Part shown: positions 33,359 to 42,849 of the stretch, piece by piece
Layout: the number at the start of each line of letters is the position of its first letter
Position numbering within the stretch: position 1 is the stretch's first letter
NCBI GenBank assembly: GCA_910578335.1
Contig: CAJTPU010000005.1
Span: 68,595 to 132,594, forward strand
DNA length: 64,000 nucleotides
Source: an uncultured Lachnospiraceae bacterium
Lineage (GTDB): Bacteria > Bacillota > Clostridia > Lachnospirales > Lachnospiraceae
Reading direction: 5' to 3'
Program-made: the position numbers and the translations under genes
Notes under the pieces: model-generated
Databases searched by the model: none
What the model was told of the DNA's origin: nothing
The model's input: only the letters and a program-made list of their open reading frames with translations

Positions 33359-33906
33359 CGAGGAATTTACCCTACACGGTTCTAGTGCTGGTATATCCGT
33401 TAAGGACTTCTGGAGCTGGGCATATTCTGACCTGCTCAACAATACCCAGCGTGGGGTAATGGCAGAATTTCTCGTTTATTCATCACTCAAATCGGAGTAC
33501 CCCCCGCACGCAAATGCGAGTGAATTGGCTCCCATTTGACGTTACAAGCCCCTCCGGGAGACGCATCGAGGTAAAATCTGCCGCTTACCTGCAATCCTGG
33601 ACTACGGACTTTCCAGCTCAGATACAATACGACATTGCGCCTAAGCTGGCCTGGGATGGAAAGAGCTATGCTACAGAGGCAAAACGCAACTGCGACCTAT
33701 TTGTATTCTGCCTTTACACTGCCCTTACCCGTGACAAATCCATCCTCGATCTGGATTATTGGGAGTTTTACGTGCTGCCCACCTCTGTCCTTAATGACAA
33801 GATTCCCAACCAGAAAACCATCTCTTTATCTTCTCTCCTTAAATTGGAACCGATAAAGACGGACTATGCCGGACTCGGCTCAGCAATCGAGTCAATCAAA
33901 CTGTAA
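33336..33906 (+). pseudogene. PD-(D/E)xK nuclease-fold protein, split by a frameshift in a C6 run (33500-33505)
   Basis: Two overlapping ORFs (33324-33539 and 33514-33906). Removing one C joins ...AEFLVYSSLKSEYP to RTQMRVNWLPFDVTSPSGRRIEVKSAAYLQSW, which carries the D...EVK motif. Confidence 0.6.
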
Positions 33907-33919
33907 AGGAAGTGATACC

Positions 33920-35050
33920 ATGAAACTGCCAAACGGCTATGGGAGTGTAACTAAATTATCTGGAAACAGGCGCAAGCCTTACCTGGCCCGTGTCACCCTT
34001 GGGTGGATTACCGATGAGCAAACCGGGAAGTGCGTACAGAACCGTGTGCCCATAGGTACCTTCAAAACCAAAAAAGAGGCTCTGCAGGCATTGGCAGAAT
34101 ACGGTGCTAACCCTTACGACATCCAGAACAACAATCTCACCCTGGCTGAGCTTTACCAGAAATGGACAGAGGCATACTTCCCTACCTTGGAAAGCGAATC
34201 TTCCTCCAGAACCATCACTGCCGCATGGAGGTATTGCCATGCCATCCAAAGTATGCGTGTAAAGGACCTGCGGGCCAGGCATATCAAAGGCATTATGGAA
34301 GATGGCTATATCATTCCTTCTCGTGGCAAGAGTGCTGGCCAGAAAGTGCCGGCCTCTCCCGGCACAAAGGCCAGGATTAAATCCATGTTTAACCTCATGT
34401 TGGACTATGCTCTCGAATATGAGCTGGTAGACAAAAACTATGCCCGGACTTTTGACCTCTCCAATGACATCATCAAAGAGAAAGAGGCCGCAACCAGGGG
34501 GCATATTATATTCACAGATGCAGAAATGCAGACGCTATGGGATAATGTTGATTCCCTCCGCTTTGTGGACTGGATTCTTATACAGTGTTACATGGGATGG
34601 CGCCCACAGGAACTTGCCATATTGAAAATTGCTGATGTCAATCTCGATGAACAATACATCACTGGCGGGATGAAAACCTCTGCAGGCAAGAATCGAACTG
34701 TTCCAATCCACCCACGCATTAAGCACCTTATACAGCGGAACTACGACCAGGCAATCGAACTGGGCAGCAAAAATCTCTTTAATGATCCGCTTGCTGTAAA
34801 AGGCGGTATGTTGATAACTTATGACAAGTATGCCGGGCGCTTTGCCAAAATCATGACTGCTTTGAATTTCCGGGAGGACCACAGGCCGCACGATCCACGC
34901 AAGACTTTTATCACCATGGCAAAGAAAGCTAAGGTTGATGAATACGTGATAAAGAGGCTTATCGGTCACCGCATCACCGACATAACCGAGGGAACCTATA
35001 CAGAACGTGATGTAGAATGGCTCCGAACCGAATTAGAGAAAATGCCGTAA
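33920..35050 (+). CDS. int: Phage tyrosine integrase
   Basis: ATG 33920 behind AAGGAAG. N-terminal arm-binding pattern LPNGYGSVTKLSGNRRKPYLARV. C-terminal HDPRKTF ... GHRITDITEGTYTE. Confidence 0.85.
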   Translation: MKLPNGYGSVTKLSGNRRKPYLARVTLGWITDEQTGKCVQNRVPIGTFKTKKEALQALAEYGANPYDIQNNNLTLAELYQKWTEAYFPTLESESSSRTITAAWRYCHAIQSMRVKDLRARHIKGIMEDGYIIPSRGKSAGQKVPASPGTKARIKSMFNLMLDYALEYELVDKNYARTFDLSNDIIKEKEAATRGHIIFTDAEMQTLWDNVDSLRFVDWILIQCYMGWRPQELAILKIADVNLDEQYITGGMKTSAGKNRTVPIHPRIKHLIQRNYDQAIELGSKNLFNDPLAVKGGMLITYDKYAGRFAKIMTALNFREDHRPHDPRKTFITMAKKAKVDEYVIKRLIGHRITDITEGTYTERDVEWLRTELEKMP

Positions 35051-35072
35051 CCCTTGTGGCTGCGGCTTTTTT
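35044..35072 (+). terminator. Possible integrase terminator
   Basis: GCCG...CGGC stem extendable with A/T pairs, followed by TTTTTT. Confidence 0.3.
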
Positions 35073-35096
35073 CATGCCTTCTGTCCGCAAATTTTT

Positions 35097-35128
35097 GTTA
35101 CCTTTACCGTGTTACCTACTTGTTGCCT
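35097..35128 (+). repeat. Direct repeats GTTACCT, GTTACCT, GTTGCCT (candidate arm-type integrase sites in the att arm)
   Basis: Copies at 35097, 35111 and 35122, just downstream of int. Confidence 0.4.
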
Positions 35129-35204
35129 ACCGGTATCCTACTCACCAAATTTTGCCACATTCCAGGGCTTGCCACACCCAATTTCCATTTTCTCTTTTGA
35201 ACAT

Positions 35205-35242
35205 GAAAAAAGTACCGCAACCCCTTGAGATTACGGTACTTT
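35205..35242 (-). terminator. Intrinsic terminator of the host GGGtGRT operon
   Basis: AAAGTACCG / CGGTACTTT 9-bp stem followed by a U-run on the - strand. Confidence 0.65.
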
Positions 35243-35277
35243 CAAGCCTTCCGGCATTTTCAATTCACAAGGTATAT

Positions 35278-36288
35278 TTAGAACTTACCAGCCTCGGCAG
35301 CTTCCTCCACGGAAACGGCAACAGCAACGGTTGCGCCAACCATGGGGTTATTGCCCATACCGATAAGTCCCATCATCTCCACGTGAGCGGGTACGGAGGA
35401 AGAACCTGCGAACTGTGCATCGGAGTGCATACGTCCCAGCGTATCGGTAAAGCCATAAGAAGCAGGGCCTGCCGCCATATTGTCGGGATGCAGGGTACGT
35501 CCTGTGCCGCCGCCGGAAGCTACGGAGAAGTACTTCTTTCCTGCTTCGGTTCTTTCTTTCTTGTATGTACCTGCAACCGGATGCTGGAATCTGGTGGGAT
35601 TGGTGGAGTTGCCGGTGATGGATACATCCACGTTTTCCTTCCACATAATCGCAACGCCCTCCGGAACGGAGTTAGCGCCATAGCAGTTTACCTTTGCACG
35701 AAGTCCCTCTGAATAAGATTTGCGGAATACTTCCTCTACCTTGTTGGTGTACGGGTCATACTGGGTCTCTACATAGGTAAATCCGTTGATTCTGGAAATA
35801 ATCTGCGCCGCATCCTTGCCAAGCCCGTTCAGGATAACGCGTAAAGGCTTCTGGCGTACCTTATTTGCCTTTTCTGCAATACCGATAGCGCCTTCTGCCG
35901 CTGCAAAGGATTCATGTCCTGCAAGGAAACAGAAGCAGTCGGTTTCCTCCTCCAGCAACATTTTTCCTAAATTGCCATGTCCAAGACCAACCTTACGGGT
36001 ATCTGCCACGGAGCCGGGGATACAGAACGCCTGTAAGCCTTCGCCGATTGCTGCAGCAGCCTCGGCAGCCTTGCGGCAGCCCTTTTTGATAGCGATTGCC
36101 GCGCCTACCGTGTAAGCCCAGCATGCATTTTCAAAACAGATAGGCTGGATTTTCTTCACCTGCTCATATACGTCCAGTCCGGCATCCTTTGTGATTTTTT
36201 CAGCTTCCTCAATGGAAGAAATGCCGTAGCTGTTCAGTACATTGTTAATCTGACCAATACGTCTTTCATATGATTCAAATAAAGCCAT
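35278..36288 (-). CDS. GGGtGRT-family protein
   Basis: Contains the signature SGGGTGRT. Confidence 0.8.
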   Translation of the reverse strand: MALFESYERRIGQINNVLNSYGISSIEEAEKITKDAGLDVYEQVKKIQPICFENACWAYTVGAAIAIKKGCRKAAEAAAAIGEGLQAFCIPGSVADTRKVGLGHGNLGKMLLEEETDCFCFLAGHESFAAAEGAIGIAEKANKVRQKPLRVILNGLGKDAAQIISRINGFTYVETQYDPYTNKVEEVFRKSYSEGLRAKVNCYGANSVPEGVAIMWKENVDVSITGNSTNPTRFQHPVAGTYKKERTEAGKKYFSVASGGGTGRTLHPDNMAAGPASYGFTDTLGRMHSDAQFAGSSSVPAHVEMMGLIGMGNNPMVGATVAVAVSVEEAAEAGKF

Positions 36289-36309
36289 TTGTCTTTGCCT
36301 CCTCTTCTC

Positions 36310-37014
36310 TTATTTCACTTCTGCGTCAGTTCTGGGGTCGATAATCTTTACCGCATCCGCCACACGTCCGTACTGTCCGCATGCCTTCTCATACGCGGTA
36401 TTCGGGTCGTCGCCCTTCTTGATGAAGTCCGTCATCTTGCCAAGGCTTACAAACTTATAACCGATAATCTGGTTGTCCGCATCCAAAGCAATCCCTGTTA
36501 CATAGCCTTCCGCCATCTCAAGGTAACGGGGACCCTTTGCTTTCGTACCGTACATGGTTCCTACCTGACTTCTTAAGCCCTTGCCCAAATCCTCAAGACC
36601 TGCACCTACCGGCAGCCCTTCCTCGGAAAATGCACTCTGGGAACGTCCGTAAACAATCTGCAAAAACAACTCTCTCATTGCCGTATTGATGGCATCACAT
36701 ACGAGGTCCGTATTTAACGCTTCCATAACGGTAAGACCCGGCAGAATCTCTGCAGCCATAGCTGCGGAATGGGTCATACCGGAGCAGCCGATTGTCTCAA
36801 CCAGCGCCTCTTCAATAATTCCGTTCTTTACGTTTAAGGACAGCTTGCAGGCGCCCTGCTGCGGTGCACACCAGCCAACACCATGCGTAAAACCGGAAAT
36901 GTCTTCTACTTTTTTAGCCTGAACCCACTTTGCTTCTTCAGGAATCGGTGCACAGCCGTGATGAACACCCTGCGCTACGGGACACATTTCTTCAACTTCC
37001 TTTGAATAAATCAT
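36310..37014 (-). CDS. NifU/IscU-like partner protein of the GGGtGRT protein (tentative)
   Basis: 234 aa. Cys-containing GCSGMTHSAAMAAE. Conserved pairing with the GGGtGRT gene, from memory. Confidence 0.45.
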   Translation of the reverse strand: MIYSKEVEEMCPVAQGVHHGCAPIPEEAKWVQAKKVEDISGFTHGVGWCAPQQGACKLSLNVKNGIIEEALVETIGCSGMTHSAAMAAEILPGLTVMEALNTDLVCDAINTAMRELFLQIVYGRSQSAFSEEGLPVGAGLEDLGKGLRSQVGTMYGTKAKGPRYLEMAEGYVTGIALDADNQIIGYKFVSLGKMTDFIKKGDDPNTAYEKACGQYGRVADAVKIIDPRTDAEVK

Positions 37015-37132
37015 GTGAAATCTCCTTTCAAAAATAAATATGATATTTATTTATCATTTTCATCGTGTTCATTTTCTCATATTTATGGTAAAAAATCCAG
37101 TGATTTTTCAAAAATATGGGGAATTTACACGA

Positions 37133-37816
37133 TTACTGCCGCTTTAACACAATCTCGCCGTTCTTTTTAAAAATGGAATCCGAAGGCACAAAGCCCCGCA
37201 CACAGGATGTGGGGTAAATATTACTGTTTCTTCCTACGATAACACCCGGGTTTAATACAGAGTTACAACCCACCTCCACAAAATCGCCCAGCATGGCGCC
37301 CATCTTTTTCAGCCCCGTCGGCATACGTTCCTCTCCCGCCGCCACCGTTACAAGCGTTTTGTCGCTTTTGACATTGGAGGTAATGGAGCCTGCTCCCATA
37401 TGGGCGCGGTATCCCAGAATGCTGTCGCCCACATAGTTGTAGTGGGGCACCTGCACCCGATTAAAAAGCACCACGTTTTTCAGCTCCGTGGAGTTGCCTA
37501 CAACCGCTCCTTTTCCCACGATGGCACTGCCTCTGATATACGCACAATGTCTGATTTCTGCTTCCTCATCCACAATGAGCGGTCCGTTTAAACACGCTGT
37601 GGGCGCTATCCTTGCAGACTTTGCCACCCATATATTTTCGCCCCTCTTTTCAAAGCGTTCTTCCGGCAGGGAATTGCCCAGTTCTATGATAAAATCATGA
37701 ATTCTGCCAAGCACTTCCCAAGGATATGCAACTCCTGCAAACAAATCTGCCGCTATCGTTTCCTCCAGATTGTACAATTGCTTTACACTGACCGCTTCCA
37801 TAACCTGTCTCTCCAT
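37133..37816 (-). CDS. Left-handed beta-helix (hexapeptide-repeat) transferase family protein
   Basis: Repeated [LIV]G-x4 hexapeptides (IVGKGAVVGNSTELKNVVL...). Confidence 0.5.
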   Translation of the reverse strand: MERQVMEAVSVKQLYNLEETIAADLFAGVAYPWEVLGRIHDFIIELGNSLPEERFEKRGENIWVAKSARIAPTACLNGPLIVDEEAEIRHCAYIRGSAIVGKGAVVGNSTELKNVVLFNRVQVPHYNYVGDSILGYRAHMGAGSITSNVKSDKTLVTVAAGEERMPTGLKKMGAMLGDFVEVGCNSVLNPGVIVGRNSNIYPTSCVRGFVPSDSIFKKNGEIVLKRQ

Positions 37817-37822
37817 TCTGTC

Positions 37823-39907
37823 TTACTGCTTTTTATAGTTGACTGCCGCCTCGTTGAATTTTACGTATAGCTGTGTCTGGTTAAACTGCTGCTTTACGGC
37901 GTTGGTTCTTCGGGAAACAAAGCCATCCAGTTTTTCCATATATTCTGCCGCCGTGATACTGCCGTCCGCAACCATAGTAAGCCCTTTTTCCCAGCTTGCC
38001 GTGAGCGCCGGATTTAAAAGCGGGCGGATTGAGCCGTCCACCACGTCGTAAATCATTTCTCCCATCAGGGTAGGCGTCAGAATCTGGGTCTTCTTATTCA
38101 GCGCAAGGTATTCTATATTGACTAATTTCTTTAATATTTCCGCACGGGTTGCCGAAGTACCTATGCCGGAACCCTTTATCTGCGCCCGAAGCTCCTCGTC
38201 CTCAATAAGCTGCCCGGCATTTTCCATGGCTAGTATCATCGTGCCGGAATTGTATCTTTTGGGAGGCGACGTCTCTCCCTCTTTGATGGTAAGCTCTCTT
38301 AAAACAAGCGGCTCTCCCGCCTTCAGCTTCTGAAGCTGTTCCATAAAAGCGGCATCACATTTTGTTTCTTCCTCTTCCTCACTCTCCGCCGCCTCACGAC
38401 TCTCCTCTTTCTTTTTGAAGAAGGAAAACTGTGCAACGCGCAGATAGCCTTCCTGCCAAAGCACCTTAAAATTGGCAAAAAACCTTTCCCCCTTCACGTT
38501 CGCCACAAGGGACACCTTCTGGTAGACGGCTGGCGGGTAAAAAATGCTTAAAAACCGGCGCACAATAATCTCATAAACCTTCTGTGCCGTAGCATTCAGT
38601 CCGGTCAGCGCTCCCATGCCCTGTCCCGTGGGAATTACCGCATAATGGTCCGTTATCTGCTTGTCATTGACATAACGGGTCTTGGCAATGTTCTTGTGAC
38701 TTCCGTTTTTGAGGATTTCCTCTGCAAAAGCAGCCGCCTTATCATAGTTTTTCAGCCCCGCGATGTTTTTATGGATTTCTTTTGCAACCGCCGTGGAGAG
38801 CACTCTGGCATCCGTTCGCGGATAGGTCACAAGCTTTTTTTCATAGAGCTCCTGAATTATCTGCAGTGTCTGGTCGGGACTGATTTTAAAATATTTAGAG
38901 CAGTCGTTCTGCAGCTCCGCCAGATTATAAAGAAGCGGCGGATTTTTACTCTCCTTCTTCCGTTCTATGCTGTCCACCACCGGAATATGCGCCTGCGGCA
39001 TGCTGCCTGATACGGCTGACTGCTCTGTCTGCGGCATACCGTCCGCCTGACCAGCCTCCCAAACGGCGTCTGCAAGCGCCGCCTTAAGCGCTTCGGCATC
39101 TTTTTTTTCTTTAAAACCGTTTTCTTTGTACAAAAGCGGAGAAGCAAAATATTTTGAGCCTTCCACAGCGCGCCATTCGCCCTCAAAATTTTTGCCCGCA
39201 TAGGAAAATCCGCCCAAAAGGCGATAGAAAGGTGTCTTCACAAAAACGCGGATTTCCCGCTCCCTTTTTACCACCATGCCAAGCACGCAGGTCATAACGC
39301 GTCCGACGGAAATTACCGCTTTCTCCCGCTTTAAATAGCCTTTTACGGTATTGCCGTATTTTAACGTGAGCACCCGCGAAAAATTGATGCCCATCAGATA
39401 ATCCTCCTTGGCACGCAAATAAGCAGCATCTGCCAGAGAGTCATAGGCTGATAAATCCTTAGCCTCCCTGATGCCGCGCAAAATTTCCTCCTCCGTCTGG
39501 GAATCTATCCATACTCTTTTTCTGACTTTTCCTTTTACGCCCGCCATCTGCTCTACCAGACGGTATATGTACTCTCCTTCGCGTCCGGAGTCGGTGCAGA
39601 CATAAATCGTATCCACATCCTTCCGTGAAAGCAGGCCACTGACAATGGCAAACTGCTTTTTCACACTGTCAATGACCTCATATTTAAATTCCTTCGGGAT
39701 AAACGGAATTGTATCGTAGGACCACTTTTTGTATGCGGCATCGTACGCTTCCGGATAGCTCATAGTCACCAGATGTCCGACGCACCACGTTACAATTGCC
39801 TGCTCCGACTCCAGATAGCCGTCTTTTCCCGCCATATTCTGTTTCAGCGCCTTGGCAAATTCCCGCGCAACACTTGGTTTTTCTGCTATATATAAACTCT
39901 TTCCCAC
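37823..39907 (-). CDS. topB: DNA topoisomerase III
   Basis: Toprim N-terminus LYIAEKPSVAREFAKAL. 694 aa. Confidence 0.8.
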   Translation of the reverse strand: MGKSLYIAEKPSVAREFAKALKQNMAGKDGYLESEQAIVTWCVGHLVTMSYPEAYDAAYKKWSYDTIPFIPKEFKYEVIDSVKKQFAIVSGLLSRKDVDTIYVCTDSGREGEYIYRLVEQMAGVKGKVRKRVWIDSQTEEEILRGIREAKDLSAYDSLADAAYLRAKEDYLMGINFSRVLTLKYGNTVKGYLKREKAVISVGRVMTCVLGMVVKREREIRVFVKTPFYRLLGGFSYAGKNFEGEWRAVEGSKYFASPLLYKENGFKEKKDAEALKAALADAVWEAGQADGMPQTEQSAVSGSMPQAHIPVVDSIERKKESKNPPLLYNLAELQNDCSKYFKISPDQTLQIIQELYEKKLVTYPRTDARVLSTAVAKEIHKNIAGLKNYDKAAAFAEEILKNGSHKNIAKTRYVNDKQITDHYAVIPTGQGMGALTGLNATAQKVYEIIVRRFLSIFYPPAVYQKVSLVANVKGERFFANFKVLWQEGYLRVAQFSFFKKKEESREAAESEEEEETKCDAAFMEQLQKLKAGEPLVLRELTIKEGETSPPKRYNSGTMILAMENAGQLIEDEELRAQIKGSGIGTSATRAEILKKLVNIEYLALNKKTQILTPTLMGEMIYDVVDGSIRPLLNPALTASWEKGLTMVADGSITAAEYMEKLDGFVSRRTNAVKQQFNQTQLYVKFNEAAVNYKKQ

Positions 39908-39940
39908 CCATTCTCCTTACTTGCGGCACACGATTTTACA

Positions 39941-41662
39941 TTATAAAAGCCCTATCAGCATCTGTTCTATGTCGTCCGCAGGCACCGGTCTGCCAAGCAG
40001 GTATCCCTGAATGATATCGCAGCCAATCTGCTTCATATAATCAAACTGCTCCTCTGTCTCCACACCCTCCGCTACAGTCTCATAGCCGAGCTTGCTGACC
40101 ATCGAAACAATGGACTCGGTAATGATTTTCGTGGATTCATCCGTTATAACCCTGTCTACAAAGCTCTTATCTATCTTGAGCGTATCAATAGGCAGTCCGT
40201 TTAAATAGGATAAGGAAGAAAAGCCCGTTCCAAAATCGTCCAAAGATATCTTAACACCGTAGTCCCGCAGTGTCAGCAGCTTGTCCTTCACTTCCTCAAA
40301 GTCCTCGATTAAAATGCTTTCCGTAATCTCTAATTCGATTTCTCCCGGCTCCACATCGTATTTCTGGATAATCTCCAGAAGCTTTCCCACAAAATCCTTC
40401 CGTTTATACTGAATGGACGAAATATTGATGGACATGATAAGCGGATATCCGTATTTGCGCTTCCACTCCGCGTAATGCCTGATGCTCTCCTCCATCACCC
40501 AGCTTCCAATCGGGATAATCGCGCCGTTTTTCTCTGCAATCGGAATGAAAACAGACGGACTTATCATTTTGTTGTCCTCGTCCTTCCAACGTATCAGCGC
40601 CTCCACACCCCTGAGCCTCTTGGTATTGGTATAATACTGCGGCTGGAAATGCAGGCAGAAATTTTTATTGAAAATAGCCTCCTTCAGCTTATTTTCAATC
40701 TCCACCGTTTCCAGAAAATCATGCAGGATTACCGCATCAAAATACTGTATGGATGCTTTTCCGATTGCTTTCGCCTTAAACATAACAATCTCGGCACAGT
40801 TAATCAACTCAAGCGCCTGCTTCGAGGACTCCGGATATTCCGCAACACCGATGCTGACCGTAAGCCGGATTTCCATCCCGTTGCTCAACAGAAATCCCTG
40901 ATGAATCCTCTCCAGAATACACTTGTGTATATGTTCTACACTTCTGTTCCCACATGGGTCATAGATTGCCATACAATAGATATCGCTCGTCATATGACAG
41001 ACAATTACATTGTCATCGGAAAAAGAGCCCAGAAACTGCCCGTACTGCTGAACCACCTCATCACCTACCAGCAGTCCCATGCCATCGTTAATTTTCCTGA
41101 AATCGTCAATGTCAATAAACATGACGCTGACAATCCTATGCTCTTCCTCCGCCCTGCGGATAAATTCCCCCAGCCGCATAACAAAATAATTGCGGTTATA
41201 CAACCCCGTCAGAGAGTCGTAATAAGCCATATAACGAAGCTCATCATTCTGCGCCTTAAATTTTGTAATGTCTCTGATACAGATAATCTTGTCGATGGGA
41301 ACATTCTGCTCGTCATAATTCATTCTGACTTCAAATTCCAGCCATGTTTTGCCGTTTTTCATACAGCATTCCACAACGTCCCGCTCCCTGCCGGTTTTTT
41401 CAAGAAACAAAACTTCTCTCACCGGCAGAATATACTTTTCTTCCAGTTCGTCCAAAATCAAAGGAAGCTCCCTGTTTTCTTTGATTCTGAAAGAAAAATA
41501 TTCATCCCATTTGCCAAGCGTAATGACGTCGTTCTTTTCAAATACAATATAGAGAAAGGCATTGTTTGACGTGTCACAAACCAAACGGTACATTTTGTCC
41601 CGTCCGCTCAATTGTTGATTCATCGCCTTCAATAAATCTATCTGATACCTCAGCTCGTCCAT
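39941..41662 (-). CDS. Signalling protein with a degenerate GGDEF domain and an intact EAL domain
   Basis: EAL motifs VEALIRW, DDFGTGFSSLSYL and KIDKSF. The GGDEF position reads HMTSDIY. ATG 41662 behind GGAGG. Confidence 0.75.
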   Translation of the reverse strand: MDELRYQIDLLKAMNQQLSGRDKMYRLVCDTSNNAFLYIVFEKNDVITLGKWDEYFSFRIKENRELPLILDELEEKYILPVREVLFLEKTGRERDVVECCMKNGKTWLEFEVRMNYDEQNVPIDKIICIRDITKFKAQNDELRYMAYYDSLTGLYNRNYFVMRLGEFIRRAEEEHRIVSVMFIDIDDFRKINDGMGLLVGDEVVQQYGQFLGSFSDDNVIVCHMTSDIYCMAIYDPCGNRSVEHIHKCILERIHQGFLLSNGMEIRLTVSIGVAEYPESSKQALELINCAEIVMFKAKAIGKASIQYFDAVILHDFLETVEIENKLKEAIFNKNFCLHFQPQYYTNTKRLRGVEALIRWKDEDNKMISPSVFIPIAEKNGAIIPIGSWVMEESIRHYAEWKRKYGYPLIMSINISSIQYKRKDFVGKLLEIIQKYDVEPGEIELEITESILIEDFEEVKDKLLTLRDYGVKISLDDFGTGFSSLSYLNGLPIDTLKIDKSFVDRVITDESTKIITESIVSMVSKLGYETVAEGVETEEQFDYMKQIGCDIIQGYLLGRPVPADDIEQMLIGLL

Positions 41663-41763
41663 ATTGTTTCCTCCATTCAAACCCTTATTTCCCGGCAAAA
41701 CCATGTTTCACCCTCTTCTCCCCGCCTTTGTAACCTTTACCCCCTGCTGCTTTTCGCTCCCCG

Positions 41764-42849
41764 CTATTTTTTGCTTATATATCCCTGTGCCTTCAAAAGC
41801 TCCGCACACAGAACGGCTCCCCCCGCGGCTCCGCGGACCGTATTGTGTGACAGTCCCACAAACTTAAAATCATATACGGAATCCTCGCGGAGACGTCCTA
41901 CGCTGATTCCCATACCATTTTCATAATCTACATCAAGACTTACCTGCGGGCGGTTATCCTCCTCCATATACCGGATAAACTGCTTCGGTGCAGAAGGAAG
42001 CGAAAGCTCCTGCGGCACACCCTTGTAGCTCACAAGCTTTTCGATTAACTGCTCCTTTGTAGGTTTTTTCTTAAACCTGACAAACACTGCCGCCGTATGT
42101 CCGTTTAATACCGGTACCCTTATGCACTGACAGGTAATAACAGGCAACACTGCCGGAACAATCACACCGTCCTTTATCTCTCCCCAGATGCGCAGCGGCT
42201 CCTTCTCGGACTTTTCTTCCTCCCCGCCGATATACGGAATAATATTGCCTTCCATCTCAGGCCAGTCCTTAAAAGTCTTGCCGGCACCGGAGATTGCCTG
42301 ATAAGTAGTCGCTACTACCTCCTCCGGCTCAAACTCCTTCCAGGCTGTCAGTACAGGCGCATAACTCTGAATAGAACAATTCGGCTTTACCGCTACAAAT
42401 CCTCTCTTTGTTCCAAGGCGCTTCTTTTGGAAATCAATTACCTTCATATGCTCCGGATTAATCTCCGGCACTACCATAGGAACATCAGGCGTCCAGCGAT
42501 GCGCGCTGTTGTTGGATACCACCGGCGTTTCCGCCTTTGCATACGCTTCTTCAATCGCCTTGATTTCTTCCTTTGTCATATCCACGGCACTGAATACAAA
42601 ATCCACCTCTGCTGCGACTTTCTCCACTTCATTGACATTCATAACCACAATGTCTTTTACGTTTGCAGGCATAGGGGTCTGCATCTTCCATCTGCCGCCC
42701 ACTGCTTCTTCGTAAGTCTTACCTGCCGAGCGGGGGCTTGCCGCGATGGTAGTCACTTCAAACCAAGGATGATTCTCCAACAGGGAAATAAAACGCTGTC
42801 CTACCATCCCCGTTCCGCCTAATATGCCAACCTTTAATTTTTCACTCAT
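41764..42849 (-). CDS. asd: Aspartate-semialdehyde dehydrogenase
   Basis: GILGGTGMVGQRF NAD-binding fold. 361 aa. Confidence 0.8.
   Translation of the reverse strand: MSEKLKVGILGGTGMVGQRFISLLENHPWFEVTTIAASPRSAGKTYEEAVGGRWKMQTPMPANVKDIVVMNVNEVEKVAAEVDFVFSAVDMTKEEIKAIEEAYAKAETPVVSNNSAHRWTPDVPMVVPEINPEHMKVIDFQKKRLGTKRGFVAVKPNCSIQSYAPVLTAWKEFEPEEVVATTYQAISGAGKTFKDWPEMEGNIIPYIGGEEEKSEKEPLRIWGEIKDGVIVPAVLPVITCQCIRVPVLNGHTAAVFVRFKKKPTKEQLIEKLVSYKGVPQELSLPSAPKQFIRYMEEDNRPQVSLDVDYENGMGISVGRLREDSVYDFKFVGLSHNTVRGAAGGAVLCAELLKAQGYISKK

Larger units (their letters stand above)
1..35204. mobile_element. Prophage (tailed phage with PBSX/Mu-like head module). The left end lies beyond the window start. The right end lies between the integrase stop (35050) and the host terminator (35205).
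   Basis: Contiguous head, packaging, late-regulator, DNA-modification, recombination/replication, immunity and integrase modules, followed by an abrupt switch to housekeeping genes. Confidence 0.85.

Noticed and set aside
40475-41569. 364-aa + strand ORF.
   Set aside because: It lies entirely antisense to the GGDEF-EAL gene, which has clear domain motifs. It has no RBS and no recognisable motif.
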